From contig JBLHIW010000001.1 of assembly GCA_047618055.1 (NCBI GenBank), forward strand, positions 1 to 39,441: a stretch of 39,441 bases of DNA, given 5' to 3'. The stretch comes from Paraglaciecola sp. (GTDB lineage Bacteria > Pseudomonadota > Gammaproteobacteria > Enterobacterales > Alteromonadaceae). The position numbers and the translations under genes were made by a program. Under the pieces are notes generated by a model, which did no database searches, was not told the origin of the DNA, and saw only the letters and a list, made by a program, of their open reading frames with translations. The stretch's first letter is position 1. Every line of letters begins with the position of its first letter. Below, piece by piece: positions 1-10,760 of the stretch.

Positions 1-289
1 AAAAACCGAAACCGTCAGTAATAAAGCCTGGGGTGACCAGCAGCACGCCGGCAATAACCAGTAACAAGCCTTCAGCCATTTCCTGACCAGGCATGGCACC
101 ACTTTGCATTTTTTGCTGAGCCTGCATTAGGGTGCTCAAGCCTTGCTGGCGTACCAAATGTGCGCCAGCAAAGGCGGTGATGAGCACGATGAAAACCGTG
201 TTCCAGCCGCCAATTTGCTCACCCACATTAATTAATATGGCTATTTCAATAATTGGCAGGATGGCGACGAGTAAAAATAGTTTGCCCAA
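1..289 (-). CDS. fxsA: FxsA family membrane protein (3' end runs off window)
   Basis: Not in the ORF track. Manual translation from TTG at 289 gives MGKLFLLVAILPIIEIAILINVGEQIGGWNTVFIVLITAFAGAHLVRQQG...LLVTPGFITD, with the FxsA hallmarks (P.IEI, R.QG, PGF.TD). Divergent from dsbD as is usual. Confidence 0.9.
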   Translation of the reverse strand, partial: MGKLFLLVAILPIIEIAILINVGEQIGGWNTVFIVLITAFAGAHLVRQQGLSTLMQAQQKMQSGAMPGQEMAEGLLLVIAGVLLVTPGFITDGFGF

Positions 290-546
290 AAGTATGCTCT
301 TTATTTAGTTAATTAATATAAGGATGCGTGTTAATGATGATAAACCAAGGCTGACAGTGTAACAAAGTATGGCAGGACGGCTCAATGTAGTATTACAAAT
401 ATGAAATTTGTGGCCACTTGCCCGGGTCAATACCTTAGCCTAACTTAATGTACAGTTAATTTTAGTCTTGTAGGATATCATGTACTTTCGTGGCAGCCAG
501 TTCTTGCCCTCTCATCACTGTTTAATTTGGATTAGAAGTCTCTTTA

Positions 547-2364
547 ATGAAGCTTAAAAATATTGCCTTATTTTTGTTTACTATCAGCACCGTACTTTCT
601 TTTGCCAGCATTGCTCAAACAGCCGATCCCCTGACTGATTTATTTGCGGATGAGCCGGAGTTTTTGCAGGTAGACGAGGCCTTTCAGTTTGATTTTGCCC
701 AAAGTGATGATCAGCTTACCTTGAGTTGGAACGTCGCCGAAGGGTATTACCTGTATAAAAAACAGTTTAAGACGGTGGTGAAAAATGCCGAATTGGGCGA
801 CCCCGTTTTTCCTGATGCCGAGCAAATTGAAGACGAGTTCTTTGGCCAATCAGATGTGTTTCGTGAGCAGCTGGATATTTCTTATCCGATTATTCAGTCG
901 ATTCAGGATGGGGTGGTGAAAATCCGTTATCAAGGTTGTGCAGATGCGGGTCTGTGTTATCCCCCCACTACGAAAGTAGTGTACTTGAGTGAAGTAGCCG
1001 GGGCACCTGACATGCAGCCCTCAGCAAGCGGAGAGCTTATTAACGAAGAAACCGGCAGCCGCGCACCGGTTTCTGAACAATTTGAGTTAGCCAGTTTATT
1101 GTCCAGTGATCAAAGTCTGTTATGGAGTTTATTGATATTTCTGGCTTTGGGCGTTGGCCTGGCTTTCACTCCCTGCGTCTTTCCCATGTACCCCATATTA
1201 TCGGGCATCATCATCGGTCAGGGCAAAACTATCAGTACCTCCAAAGCCCTTACTTTGTCGTTTTTTTACGTGCAGGGTATGGCCATTACCTACTCTTTAT
1301 TAGGTTTGATCGTTGCCTCGGCTGGGGTGCAGTTTCAGGCGAGTTTGCAGCATCCCGCGATATTGATCGTGTTAATCACTTTGTTTGTTCTGCTCGCCAT
1401 CGTGATGTTTGGTGCTTACGAATTGCAAATGCCCTCAAGCTGGCAGGAAAAGCTCAACGCCATGAGCAATCAGCAAAAAAGTGGCAACTATTTTGGGGTA
1501 CTGGTGATGGGGGCAATCTCTGGTCTGGTGGCCTCACCCTGTACCACCGCCCCCCTTACCGGCATCTTGCTGTATATCGCTCAAAGTGGTGATTTACTGC
1601 TGGGCTTTAGTGCCTTGTATGCCCTGAGCATCGGTATGGGTATTCCCCTGGTTCTGTTTGGTATTACCGGCGGTAAATTGTTACCCAAAGCAGGCAACTG
1701 GATGAACATTGTAAAGGTTACGTTCGGCTTTATGATGCTGGCAGTGGCGCTGATGTTTATTGAACGCATGCTTAGCCATCCGTTGACCGATCTTGCTTGG
1801 GCAGTGCTGGGCTTGGCAACATTCAGCTATTTTTACGTGATGAATCAGGGCAGTGCCATTTCTTTGGCTAAAGGCATACGTGCTTTTGTAATTTTTATTG
1901 GCTTGTTTGGCTCGGCACTATACGGCTATCAAACCTTAAGTGGTTTCGGTCCAACGACGACCAGCACCTCTGGCACAACGCAGCAGAATAAGGCCGGGCA
2001 TCCGGAGTTTGTCGTGGTAAAAAACCTGAGTGATTTTACGGCTAAGTTGGCCCAGGCGAATGCTGAGGGTAAAACAGTTATGCTCGATCTTTATGCGGAT
2101 TGGTGCGTGGCCTGTAAGGAATTTGAAAAATACACCTTTCCCGATGGCAATGTTGTTCAGGCCCTGAGCAATACGCTTTGGCTGCAAATCGATCTCACCG
2201 ACAACACCGAGGTGAATCTGCAGTTTCAAGATCATTTTGCCATCTTAGGTTTGCCAACTATTTTGTTTTTCAACCGGGAAGGTGCGGAAATTCAATCTGC
2301 CCGGGTAACGGGGTTTATGCGCGCCGAGCCGTTTGCTGATCACGTGAATAGGGCGCTTAACTAA
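547..2364 (+). CDS. dsbD: Thiol:disulfide interchange protein DsbD
   Basis: Signal peptide; alpha domain QGCADAGLCYPP; transmembrane domain TPCVFPM and SPCTTAP; C-terminal thioredoxin domain YADWCVACK. Confidence 0.97.
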   Translation: MKLKNIALFLFTISTVLSFASIAQTADPLTDLFADEPEFLQVDEAFQFDFAQSDDQLTLSWNVAEGYYLYKKQFKTVVKNAELGDPVFPDAEQIEDEFFGQSDVFREQLDISYPIIQSIQDGVVKIRYQGCADAGLCYPPTTKVVYLSEVAGAPDMQPSASGELINEETGSRAPVSEQFELASLLSSDQSLLWSLLIFLALGVGLAFTPCVFPMYPILSGIIIGQGKTISTSKALTLSFFYVQGMAITYSLLGLIVASAGVQFQASLQHPAILIVLITLFVLLAIVMFGAYELQMPSSWQEKLNAMSNQQKSGNYFGVLVMGAISGLVASPCTTAPLTGILLYIAQSGDLLLGFSALYALSIGMGIPLVLFGITGGKLLPKAGNWMNIVKVTFGFMMLAVALMFIERMLSHPLTDLAWAVLGLATFSYFYVMNQGSAISLAKGIRAFVIFIGLFGSALYGYQTLSGFGPTTTSTSGTTQQNKAGHPEFVVVKNLSDFTAKLAQANAEGKTVMLDLYADWCVACKEFEKYTFPDGNVVQALSNTLWLQIDLTDNTEVNLQFQDHFAILGLPTILFFNREGAEIQSARVTGFMRAEPFADHVNRALN

Positions 2365-2464
2365 AAGCATCCCATGATGTGAGGCATTGAGCCCATAGAG
2401 TGAACTTGTGGGATGTTGCATCCGTAGCTATTAGTAGTACGTTTGAACATCCGGGAGTTCACTT

Positions 2465-3283
2465 TTGTCTTCACCGATATTGACTGGCTTGTTATGGCTC
2501 ATGCTGGTGGTTATTCCCTCGCCAAGAGCCTTGGCTTATTGTCTGGATGACTGGGCCTGTGTTGATATTATCGAAACCGAGCATAAGATTGAATTTTGGC
2601 TGAGTAATAACAAGGCCTACCCCATCACATCAACCCTTGAAGTAAAAACCCGCAACCTTAGCAGTCCCAAGCAGAGCAAGAATGAGTATACTCAGACCTT
2701 GGTTCTGCGAGGCTTTCAGCGAATCTTAGCCCTGAGCCTAGTGGTCACCGACCCCCAACTTTCCAGGGACTATTCTGAACGCTTTAACTGGGCCCCGGGC
2801 AGCATGCATGCCCGGCACAATGTTAATTACCGCTACTCGGTGCCCTATAAAAAAGGCGAACATTATCCCATTGTGCAGGGCTTCGGTGGCGGCTATAGCC
2901 ATCAGGGTGCATCGAAATATGCAATAGATATTGCTATGCCGGTGGGCACTCCTATCCATGCAGCAAGAGATGGGGTGGTGATTGATATAGTAGAAAAACA
3001 CCATCGCGGTGGTGCCAGTCGCAGTTATGCCAAGTATGCCAATTATGTGGTGATCCTGCACAGTGATGACACAACTGGGGAGTACTACCACTTAAGGAAA
3101 AACGGCGCGGCCGTTGAAGTCGGTGCTAAGGTCGTCGCCGGGCAACATATTGCCTACTCCGGGAACACCGGTTTTTCCTCACTACCCCATTTGCACTTCG
3201 CTGTTTACAAAGCCAAAAGTCATGGGAATTACCAGTCCCTGCCCTTCGAGTTTAACCAGAAGGTAAGTCAGCCAGATTGGTAG
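2465..3283 (+). CDS. Secreted M23 family zinc metallopeptidase
   Basis: GGGAG Shine-Dalgarno 7 nt before the TTG; signal peptide; SH...YAIDIAMPVGTPIHAARDG, YYHL and SGNTGFSSLPHLHF (HxH) motifs. Confidence 0.88.
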   Translation: MSSPILTGLLWLMLVVIPSPRALAYCLDDWACVDIIETEHKIEFWLSNNKAYPITSTLEVKTRNLSSPKQSKNEYTQTLVLRGFQRILALSLVVTDPQLSRDYSERFNWAPGSMHARHNVNYRYSVPYKKGEHYPIVQGFGGGYSHQGASKYAIDIAMPVGTPIHAARDGVVIDIVEKHHRGGASRSYAKYANYVVILHSDDTTGEYYHLRKNGAAVEVGAKVVAGQHIAYSGNTGFSSLPHLHFAVYKAKSHGNYQSLPFEFNQKVSQPDW

Positions 3284-3378
3284 TGTGACTTGCAAACGGT
3301 CAGCGAGCCTGGCATGCCTGAATTAAAGCAATGCCCCCCGTTTAGGGTGCAAAGTTAATCCTTCCGATGAAATGTACC

Positions 3379-4008
3379 TTAGCGTGTGCCAAATATTTTA
3401 TCACCGGCATCGCCTAATCCTGGAAGGATATAGCCTTGTTCATTCAGTCGTTCATCAACGGCAGCGGTATAGATATCCACATCCGGATGTTGGGCTTGTA
3501 CCTTAGCAATACCCTCTGGTGCGGCCACAAGAAACAAGCCCATAATATGCTGGCAACCTTTTTGTTTGAGCAAATCGATGGTGGCAATCAGTGTACCGCC
3601 GGTGGCAAGCATCGGATCGACAATAAGTGCAGTACGTTGGGAAATGTCCTTAACCACCTTGTCAAAGTAAGCAACAGGCTGCAATGAGTCTTCATCCCTG
3701 TACAGACCCACCACACTTATTTTGGCATTGGGGATAAGTTGCATAACGCCGTCAAGCATACCTAAGCCTGCCCGCAGGATGGGCACTACTGTGATTTTCT
3801 TACCTTTTATTTTGTTAATGCTGATCATTTCACCGGTCCAGCCCTTAATCTCCACCCTTTCGGTTTCTAGCTCCCGGGTTGCTTCATAGGTGAGCAAGTT
3901 CCCCACCTCGCTGGCAAGTTCACGAAAATCTTTGCTACTTATGCCATAGGCGCGCATCAATCCTAATTTATGTTGGATCAGAGGGTGGTTAATTTCTTTT
4001 ACAGCCAT
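3379..4008 (-). CDS. upp: Uracil phosphoribosyltransferase
   Basis: [22 protein letters not shown] motif [26 protein letters not shown]. Confidence 0.98.
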   Translation of the reverse strand: MAVKEINHPLIQHKLGLMRAYGISSKDFRELASEVGNLLTYEATRELETERVEIKGWTGEMISINKIKGKKITVVPILRAGLGMLDGVMQLIPNAKISVVGLYRDEDSLQPVAYFDKVVKDISQRTALIVDPMLATGGTLIATIDLLKQKGCQHIMGLFLVAAPEGIAKVQAQHPDVDIYTAAVDERLNEQGYILPGLGDAGDKIFGTR

Positions 4009-4031
4009 AAGGCAACTCCAGGGTGATAATA

Positions 4032-4622
4032 TTATCTGTTTTTAGTGCAGTAGTACCGAGCGTGCCTAAGCAGATCAGGGTAAAAATCTAAAAAAATCTG
4101 ATTCGCATATTGTTGTTTTTGCTGTAAAAATTCGCTGGCTTGTTGGGCAAACGTGACACGATTGTGCAGGCGAGCTTCAATACTTTTAAAGGCCCGCAGG
4201 CAGGTTTCAACATCTATATAATGTTCAAGCCATTGCTCCTGCAGTAGACTCCCTCTCAACATAGCATACCTGGGGTTTATGGCTAACGGGCAAGCCTGTA
4301 ATTCTTGATAAAAACTCGCCAGTGTCTGCTGATAAGCCTGCTTGGAAAATGCCTGCCAGTGCTGTAATAACAGGTGATCAAAATAGATGTCGATGGCAAT
4401 ACCTGCCATGCGCCTGATATTAGCCGGAAAGGTATTTTTTAGTTCGACAATGCCAGGGTGCTGGTCGGTAAATACATCAACACTGCGATGCAGGCGAATA
4501 CCCGATTCTAAGGCTGTAGGCAGATAGCCCAGTTCACTGCCTTTGACAAAATCCCCTAAAAAATTACCCACCATGCTGGTGTTGGTGTGCTGTGCAATAT
4601 GAATATGGGCAATATAGTTCAT
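4032..4622 (-). CDS. acpH: ACP phosphodiesterase (AcpH/DUF479)
   Basis: [32 protein letters not shown] and DIYFDHLL match the AcpH family. Confidence 0.88.
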   Translation of the reverse strand: MNYIAHIHIAQHTNTSMVGNFLGDFVKGSELGYLPTALESGIRLHRSVDVFTDQHPGIVELKNTFPANIRRMAGIAIDIYFDHLLLQHWQAFSKQAYQQTLASFYQELQACPLAINPRYAMLRGSLLQEQWLEHYIDVETCLRAFKSIEARLHNRVTFAQQASEFLQQKQQYANQIFLDFYPDLLRHARYYCTKNR

Positions 4623-5085
4623 TGGGACGCCATCAATTTAAGCGCGCAAAGGCTTATCTGTGCGCCATTATTTATTCATTGAGACAACAGTGTCGTCTAA
4701 TCGTAACAGTGGTGAGGAAATATAAGGTGGTGATAAACTCATCACCATTACAACAAACAACGAGGCATCAGTCTATGGGTCCTTTCTCGTGTACTGACGA
4801 CATTTATGCTAGAAATTGATCAAATGAATTTCTTTTTCAACAGTGGGACTCGTTAAGTTTGACAAAAAATTAGCATTTTGTGTCGTTTCTGTGGCAAAAA
4901 TAGATGAACTTTGCGGTAATCTTCGCTGATAAGACCAGTATTTTGCTGCTAATTTGTAAAACCCCCCTATAATGACTCATCGAACTAATCATACTGCGCT
5001 CATTTTGTGCAATAAGACTGTAACGGACTATTTTACCCAAGGGTAAATTAGGCCTCTCAGTTTATTTATATGGTGACTATTTTCT

Positions 5086-5529
5086 GTGAACGTATTACTG
5101 ATTAACGGCCCCAATTTAAATATGCTTGGCAAGCGTGAACCAGGGATTTATGGCGACCGCAGCCTGACACAAATTGTTGAAGACCTCTGCGTCACAGCGA
5201 AAGAGCAAGGTATTCGCTTGTCCCATTTACAATCGAATGCAGAGCATGAACTGCTTGATACCATTCATCAGGCTCACCAGCAGATCGATTTTATTATTAT
5301 CAATCCCGGTGCGTTTACCCACACCAGTATCGCCTTGCGTGATGCTTTGTTGAGTGTGGCGATCCCCTTTATAGAAGTGCATCTGTCAAATGTGCATGCC
5401 CGAGAGGCATTCAGGCAGCATTCTTATTTATCTGATATTGCAACCGGGGTTATTTGCGGATTGGGGGAGCAGGGTTATCAGTTTGCACTACAAGCAGCAC
5501 GACACTATTTAGCAAAATTAGCAAAATAA
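5086..5529 (+). CDS. aroQ: Type II 3-dehydroquinate dehydratase
   Basis: [47 protein letters not shown]; upstream of accBC. Confidence 0.97.
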   Translation: MNVLLINGPNLNMLGKREPGIYGDRSLTQIVEDLCVTAKEQGIRLSHLQSNAEHELLDTIHQAHQQIDFIIINPGAFTHTSIALRDALLSVAIPFIEVHLSNVHAREAFRQHSYLSDIATGVICGLGEQGYQFALQAARHYLAKLAK

Positions 5530-5600
5530 GATCCAAAAATCATAACAATGTCAGATACATAATATTTGACAGTCATTAATAAAGATTAGAGAGAATAAAC

Positions 5601-6053
5601 ATGGACATACGAAAAATAAAAAAACTCATCGAGCTGGTCGAAGAATCGGGCATATCAGAATTAGAGATTACCGAGGGAGAGGAATCGGTGCGTATTCATC
5701 GCGCAGGCCATTCCCTGGCTCCGGTTCAATATGCCGCGCCCCTTGCCCCTGTGGTTGCTGCACCTGTTGGTGCCCCAGCCCTAGCACAAGCCGAATCTGC
5801 TGCCGCCCCCAAACATAATGGCCATGTGATGCGTTCTCCCATGGTCGGCACGTTCTATCGCTCTTCATCACCAGAGGCCAAATCCTTTGTTGAAGAGGGT
5901 CAGAAGGTCAAGGTGGGTGATACCCTGTGTATTATCGAAGCAATGAAAATGATGAATCAAATAGAGTCGGATAAAGCGGGGGTTGTTACCCAGATTTTGG
6001 TTGACAATCAAGAGCCGGTTGAGTTTGACCAAGCTATGTTTGTAATTGAATAA
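5601..6053 (+). CDS. accB: Biotin carboxyl carrier protein
   Basis: [12 protein letters not shown], Ala/Pro linker, SPMVGTFY, biotinylation motif EAMKM. Confidence 0.98.
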   Translation: MDIRKIKKLIELVEESGISELEITEGEESVRIHRAGHSLAPVQYAAPLAPVVAAPVGAPALAQAESAAAPKHNGHVMRSPMVGTFYRSSSPEAKSFVEEGQKVKVGDTLCIIEAMKMMNQIESDKAGVVTQILVDNQEPVEFDQAMFVIE

Positions 6054-6067
6054 GCGGGTTAATGACG

Positions 6068-7417
6068 ATGCTTGATAAAGTTCTAATTGCTAACCGCGGT
6101 GAAATTGCCCTGCGGATATTGCGTGCCTGCAAAGAGTTAGGCATTAAAACAGTAGCGGTGCATTCAACCGCAGATGAAACCCTAAAACATGTTCTGCTGG
6201 CAGACGAAACAATTTGTATTGGTAAGGCCTCTGCCACAGAAAGTTACTTAAACATCCCCCGTATTATTGCCGCAGCTGAAGTGACCAACGCCAATGCGAT
6301 CCATCCTGGTTATGGTTTTTTAGCTGAAAATGCTGATTTTGCAGAAGCGGTTGAACGAAGTGGTTTTGTGTTTATCGGCCCCACGGCGGAAACCATTAAT
6401 TTAATGGGTGACAAAGTGTCTGCCATTCGATCTATGAAGGCTGCAGGGGTGCCCTGTGTGCCCGGCTCTGATGGACCTTTGAATAACGATGAAGCCCGCA
6501 ATAAAATGCTGGCCAAGAAAATTGGCTACCCCATTATTGTCAAAGCTGCCGGCGGCGGTGGCGGTCGTGGCATGCGCGTGGTGCGCAGTGAAGATGAACT
6601 CATCAGCTCTATTGCCATGACTCAGGCTGAAGCCGGGGCAGCATTTAATAATGACGTTGTATACATGGAAAAGTTTCTGGAAAACCCTCGTCACGTGGAA
6701 ATTCAGATACTGGCTGATGGTCAAGGCAACGCCATTCACCTAGGAGAACGGGACTGTTCAATGCAGCGCCGTCATCAAAAAGTAGTCGAAGAAGCCCCTG
6801 CACCGGGTATTACCCCGGAGATGCGGGCCAAAATTGGCGCAAGATGTTGCCAGGCCTGTGTTGACATTAATTATCGTGGTGCGGGGACATTCGAGTTTTT
6901 GTTTGAAGATGATGAGTTTTACTTCATCGAAATGAACACGCGCATTCAGGTTGAGCATCCGGTATCAGAGATGATCACGGGAGTCGATTTGATCAAAGAG
7001 CAACTGCGGGTTGCGGCGGGTCAAAAACTGTCGATTGAGCAATCCCAGATCCAAATCCGTGGTCACGCAATTGAGTGCCGGATTAATGCCGAAGATTCAA
7101 CTACCTTTATTCCCAGCCCGGGCAAAATAGAAAAGTTTCACTCTCCCGGAGGTTTGGGCGTGCGCTGGGATTCCCACGTATATGCAGGTTATACCGTACC
7201 GCCTTATTATGATTCCATGATTGGTAAGCTGATTACCTATGGTGAAACACGAGAGGTGGCGATTGCCAGAATGCGTCATGCCCTTGACGAGTTGATTATT
7301 GATGGGATAAAAACCAATATCGAACTGCAAAAAAGCATCATGGCAGATGAGCATTTTGCCGCAGGCGGTGCCAACATCCATTACCTGGAGAAGAAGCTTG
7401 GTATTGGTGGGCATTAA
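6068..7417 (+). CDS. accC: Biotin carboxylase
   Basis: [49 protein letters not shown]. Alternative ATG at 6062. Confidence 0.98.
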   Translation: MLDKVLIANRGEIALRILRACKELGIKTVAVHSTADETLKHVLLADETICIGKASATESYLNIPRIIAAAEVTNANAIHPGYGFLAENADFAEAVERSGFVFIGPTAETINLMGDKVSAIRSMKAAGVPCVPGSDGPLNNDEARNKMLAKKIGYPIIVKAAGGGGGRGMRVVRSEDELISSIAMTQAEAGAAFNNDVVYMEKFLENPRHVEIQILADGQGNAIHLGERDCSMQRRHQKVVEEAPAPGITPEMRAKIGARCCQACVDINYRGAGTFEFLFEDDEFYFIEMNTRIQVEHPVSEMITGVDLIKEQLRVAAGQKLSIEQSQIQIRGHAIECRINAEDSTTFIPSPGKIEKFHSPGGLGVRWDSHVYAGYTVPPYYDSMIGKLITYGETREVAIARMRHALDELIIDGIKTNIELQKSIMADEHFAAGGANIHYLEKKLGIGGH

Positions 7418-7454
7418 TCTGTTTGTATGTGATTAATGGTGACGTAAAGCAAAG

Positions 7455-7488
7455 AAGAGGGTGTACCGAATGGGTCACCCTTTTTTAT
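7455..7488 (+). terminator. Intrinsic terminator after accC
   Basis: Stem AGGGTG(T)ACC / GGTCACCCT followed by a T-run, about 40 nt after the stop codon. Confidence 0.8.
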
Positions 7489-7665
7489 TACCCTCAATTA
7501 TAAGTAGGCCAAAATTGTATTTGTGTGGCCATTAGGCGTATTTTTCAGAGCCAAGGGATGCACTGAGCAAGCAAGCTGGCGCTTTGCAGATGAACAGACT
7601 TAAGGGCAGGGATATACTGCCTTTGTTCAGGTATACTCCTGCCAAATTTATCTGTCGGAATGTTT

Positions 7666-8547
7666 ATGCCCTGGATCCAACTTAAAATCAACAGCCAAGC
7701 AGAGTACGCCGAGCAAATAGGCGATATGCTGGTGGCGAATGGCGCACAAGCAGTCAACTTTTTTGACGCCAAGAATAACCCCATTTATGAGCCCAAGCCT
7801 GGTGAGTTTATCGTATGGCCAGATACCCAAGTGGTGGGTTTGTATGATGCCGAGTATGATATGCAGCGAGTGATTAGCCAGTTGGCTAAGGCAAAGGTAC
7901 TAGGCAAAAACTTCATTCACAAACTTGACCAGTTAGAAGACAAAGACTGGGAAAGAGAGTGGATGGATAACTTCCATCCCATGCAGTTTGGTCAACGGCT
8001 GTGGATATGCCCCAGCTGGCGTGATGTACCCCACCCGGATGCAGTCAACGTGATGCTCGATCCTGGTTTAGCCTTTGGTACTGGAACACACCCCACTACG
8101 GCACTGTGTTTACGATGGTTGGATGCATTAGCATTGTCGGACGCTACAGTAGTCGATTTTGGTTGTGGCTCCGGCATACTTGGGATCGCTGCACTTAAAT
8201 TAGGCGCAAAGCGTGTCATTGGCATTGATATTGACCCCCAGGCCTTACTTGCCAGTCAGGACAATGCGACCCGCAATGATATTGGCGAAAAAATAGAGCT
8301 TTATCTACCTCAGGATCAGCCACAGCTTGAAGCTGATGTGGTGATTGCCAACATCCTCGCCGCCCCCCTTAGAGAACTGCGTCAGGTGATAACGGACTAC
8401 TGTAAGCCCAGCGGGAAACTGGTGTTGTCCGGTATTCTTGATACCCAGGCCGAAGACATTAGCCAGCTATACAGCCAGGATTTTATTATGGATCCCGTCG
8501 TGATTGACGGCGAATGGGCCAGAGTGTCAGGCACGAAAAAGAGATAG
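7666..8547 (+). CDS. prmA: Ribosomal protein L11 methyltransferase
   Basis: [30 protein letters not shown] motif [14 protein letters not shown]. Alternative ATG at 7660. Confidence 0.98.
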   Translation: MPWIQLKINSQAEYAEQIGDMLVANGAQAVNFFDAKNNPIYEPKPGEFIVWPDTQVVGLYDAEYDMQRVISQLAKAKVLGKNFIHKLDQLEDKDWEREWMDNFHPMQFGQRLWICPSWRDVPHPDAVNVMLDPGLAFGTGTHPTTALCLRWLDALALSDATVVDFGCGSGILGIAALKLGAKRVIGIDIDPQALLASQDNATRNDIGEKIELYLPQDQPQLEADVVIANILAAPLRELRQVITDYCKPSGKLVLSGILDTQAEDISQLYSQDFIMDPVVIDGEWARVSGTKKR

Positions 8548-8689
8548 GTAAGTGGTAATCGGTTTGACTGGCTGGTTTTGCCAATTGCAGTCTAATCAAA
8601 TAGGCTGCACTTATTACACATGAATCATGAAGTTATGAAGACACTCATAGCAATAGATTATCGAACAAGTTCTTTTGGCAGCTCGGCTG

Positions 8690-8817
8690 CGGCTTTTCTT
8701 GCTTACTTCTTTGAGCTGTTGCAAAGAAGTAAGTCGAAGCGCAGGGATGCGGTTTGAAGAAAGGCAGGATGCCATAAGCGAAGCGCATCTGTGAGCACAG
8801 CTCATATCTTGGGTATT
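8690..8817. repeat. Hairpin-rich non-coding element (putative REP/MITE remnant)
   Basis: Perfect 12-bp inverted repeat CTTACTTCTTTG(8702-8713)/CAAAGAAGTAAG(8722-8733) with no U-tail on either side; several mini-hairpins; ends in GGGTATT. Confidence 0.5.
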
Positions 8818-8830
8818 AATAAAGGGAGAA

Positions 8831-8906
<76 letters not shown>

Positions 8907-8944
8907 ACACTTAGAAAATCACTTTCGGTGTTGGTTAGCCGAAA

Positions 8945-8981
8945 GCGAGCGCTATTTTATTCATTTAGGCGCTTATGTCAA
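8945..8981 (-). promoter_or_regulatory. Sigma70 stable-RNA-type promoter for tRNA-Thr
   Basis: Minus strand TTGACA (8981-8976), 16-nt spacer, TAAAAT (8959-8954), GC-rich discriminator AGCGCTCGC. Confidence 0.85.
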
Positions 8982-8993
8982 TGATAAAGGCGC

Positions 8994-10136
8994 TTATTTT
9001 ATCTCGGCTAAGCGTTTTGCTTCGCTGAGTAACATGGGAAAGCGCTCTTCAGGCAGAAACTCCGCCAGAGCGTGCATGGCCTCAGCTAATTTTGCATAAC
9101 TGGCACCGCTCAAATTAAAATGTCCCATTTTCCGCTTTTTTCGGGGTGTTTTGCCATACCAGTGCAAGTGACAACCGGGGATACCCAACATGTCTCTGGA
9201 GAAGGTATTAAAGCCAATAATATTGATCATCGCGCTGTGGGCAAGTACCCGCGTATCGCCAAGGGGTAAACCTGCTATGGCCCGCAGGTGATTTTCGAAC
9301 TGGCAGGTGTCGGCACCTTGCTGAGTCCAGTGCCCCGAATTATGCACCCGGGGAGCAATTTCGTTGACCAGTAATTGCTCACCTAATTGGAAAAACTCAA
9401 CCGCCAGCACGCCCACATAGTCTAAGTCCTCGGCCAATTTGTTGAATATGCCCTGGGCTTGTTTCACAAGGGCCTCGTTGACATGAGGCGCAGGTGCGAC
9501 AGAGACATGTAGCTGTCCCTGGTGATGCAGGTTTTCGGCCAGTGGATAGAAGGCAATCTCGCCCTTTTTCGAGCGTACTCCGACCAATGACAACTCCCTG
9601 TCGAAGTCGAGCATTTGCTCTGCAATCAGGGGCACTTTATTGAGATCGAGTTTTGCGAGCTGTTCTTTTAAAGCGGACAGATCAGCAGTACTTTTTAAGC
9701 GCCATTGTCCGTATCCGTCGTAACCGTCCCGGCTGGCCTTAATGATTAAGCGGCTGCCTAAATCAGCGACGGCTTGATCCAGTTGTTCAACATCGTGAAT
9801 GATCTGATGAGGGCAATTGGCGATAGCTAGTTTGGCCAAGAGCCGCTTTTCACGCACCCTGTCCGCACCGGTTAGTATGGCCTCCACGCCGGGCATCAGC
9901 TTACCACTGGCATGTACTTGCTGTAGCAGCGCTTCGGGGATATGCTCAAACTCAACGGAAATGCAGTCGGCTTCTTCAATTGCCTTATCCAGAGAGATAT
10001 TGACCGCTTCCTTGTCCACCGGATTTAACACTTTGTTATTACTCACATCAACTGCGTGCACGTCCATACCCAAAGGCGCGCCCGCCAGGCGCATCATTCT
10101 GGCGAGTTGACCCGCACCCAAGATCAGTATGTTCAT
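8994..10136 (-). CDS. purK: N5-carboxyaminoimidazole ribonucleotide synthase
   Basis: LGAGQLARM, EFEH, GYDGYGQW, NEIAPRVHNSGHW, RKMGH; start overlaps the purE stop. Confidence 0.97.
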   Translation of the reverse strand: MNILILGAGQLARMMRLAGAPLGMDVHAVDVSNNKVLNPVDKEAVNISLDKAIEEADCISVEFEHIPEALLQQVHASGKLMPGVEAILTGADRVREKRLLAKLAIANCPHQIIHDVEQLDQAVADLGSRLIIKASRDGYDGYGQWRLKSTADLSALKEQLAKLDLNKVPLIAEQMLDFDRELSLVGVRSKKGEIAFYPLAENLHHQGQLHVSVAPAPHVNEALVKQAQGIFNKLAEDLDYVGVLAVEFFQLGEQLLVNEIAPRVHNSGHWTQQGADTCQFENHLRAIAGLPLGDTRVLAHSAMINIIGFNTFSRDMLGIPGCHLHWYGKTPRKKRKMGHFNLSGASYAKLAEAMHALAEFLPEERFPMLLSEAKRLAEIK

Positions 10137-10621
10137 TACAATTTTAGTTCCGTGTCGTCTAATATCGCTGCGGTTTGCTCGGCTCGAAACTGCTTGATAG
10201 CCATGCGTACCTTTTCATCTTGCAAAGCCACTACTTGTGCGGCTAGTAAACCGGCATTTGCTGCGCCGGCTTCACCGATAGCCAGGGTACCTACTGCTAC
10301 GCCCTTGGGCATCTGTACAATAGATAAGAGAGAGTCCATACCACTGAGCTGGCTGGAGCGCACCGGTACACCAAATACCGGCAAGTGAGTATGCGCGGCA
10401 ATCATGCCGGGCAAATGTGCTGCGCCGCCAGCACCGCCGATGATCACTTGATAACCCTGGTCGGCGGCACCCTCAGAAAATTCGCTTAATCGCGCTGGAG
10501 TACGGTGGGCAGAAACAACTTGCGCTTTATAGCTAACCCCGAGTTTATCCAGCATCAGTGCAGCCTGTTGCATGGTCGGCCAGTCAGATTTTGATCCCAT
10601 CACAATCGCCACTTTTGGCAT
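10136..10621 (-). CDS. purE: N5-CAIR mutase
   Basis: [32 protein letters not shown]. Start placed at ATG 10621 (MPKVAI). Confidence 0.97.
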   Translation of the reverse strand: MPKVAIVMGSKSDWPTMQQAALMLDKLGVSYKAQVVSAHRTPARLSEFSEGAADQGYQVIIGGAGGAAHLPGMIAAHTHLPVFGVPVRSSQLSGMDSLLSIVQMPKGVAVGTLAIGEAGAANAGLLAAQVVALQDEKVRMAIKQFRAEQTAAILDDTELKL

Positions 10622-10760
10622 ACTTACTCTCACTTAAAACACAGGTTTCTGGGTGCTTGGTGTCATTTCAACAGCCCAAACAACCACAGTAAAAATTCGG
10701 ACGCAGATTGTAGCGTAAATCTGTGCGTACGTCGCCCAAAGCGTCCACTGGACACGATAA

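Noticed and set aside
311-350. Sigma32-like promoter for fxsA (CTTGGTT...CCTTATAT)
   Set aside because: The spacer of about 19 nt is too long for sigma32.
2366-2417. Inverted repeat after dsbD as a terminator
   Set aside because: Three G-T pairs, a 28-nt loop and no U-tract; too weak to call.
7591-7629. Hairpin upstream of prmA as a regulatory RNA
   Set aside because: Short stem overlapping probable -10 boxes; no family resemblance.
8614-8805. 63-aa ORF downstream of the tRNA
   Set aside because: Runs through the hairpin element, with no homology cues or convincing RBS.
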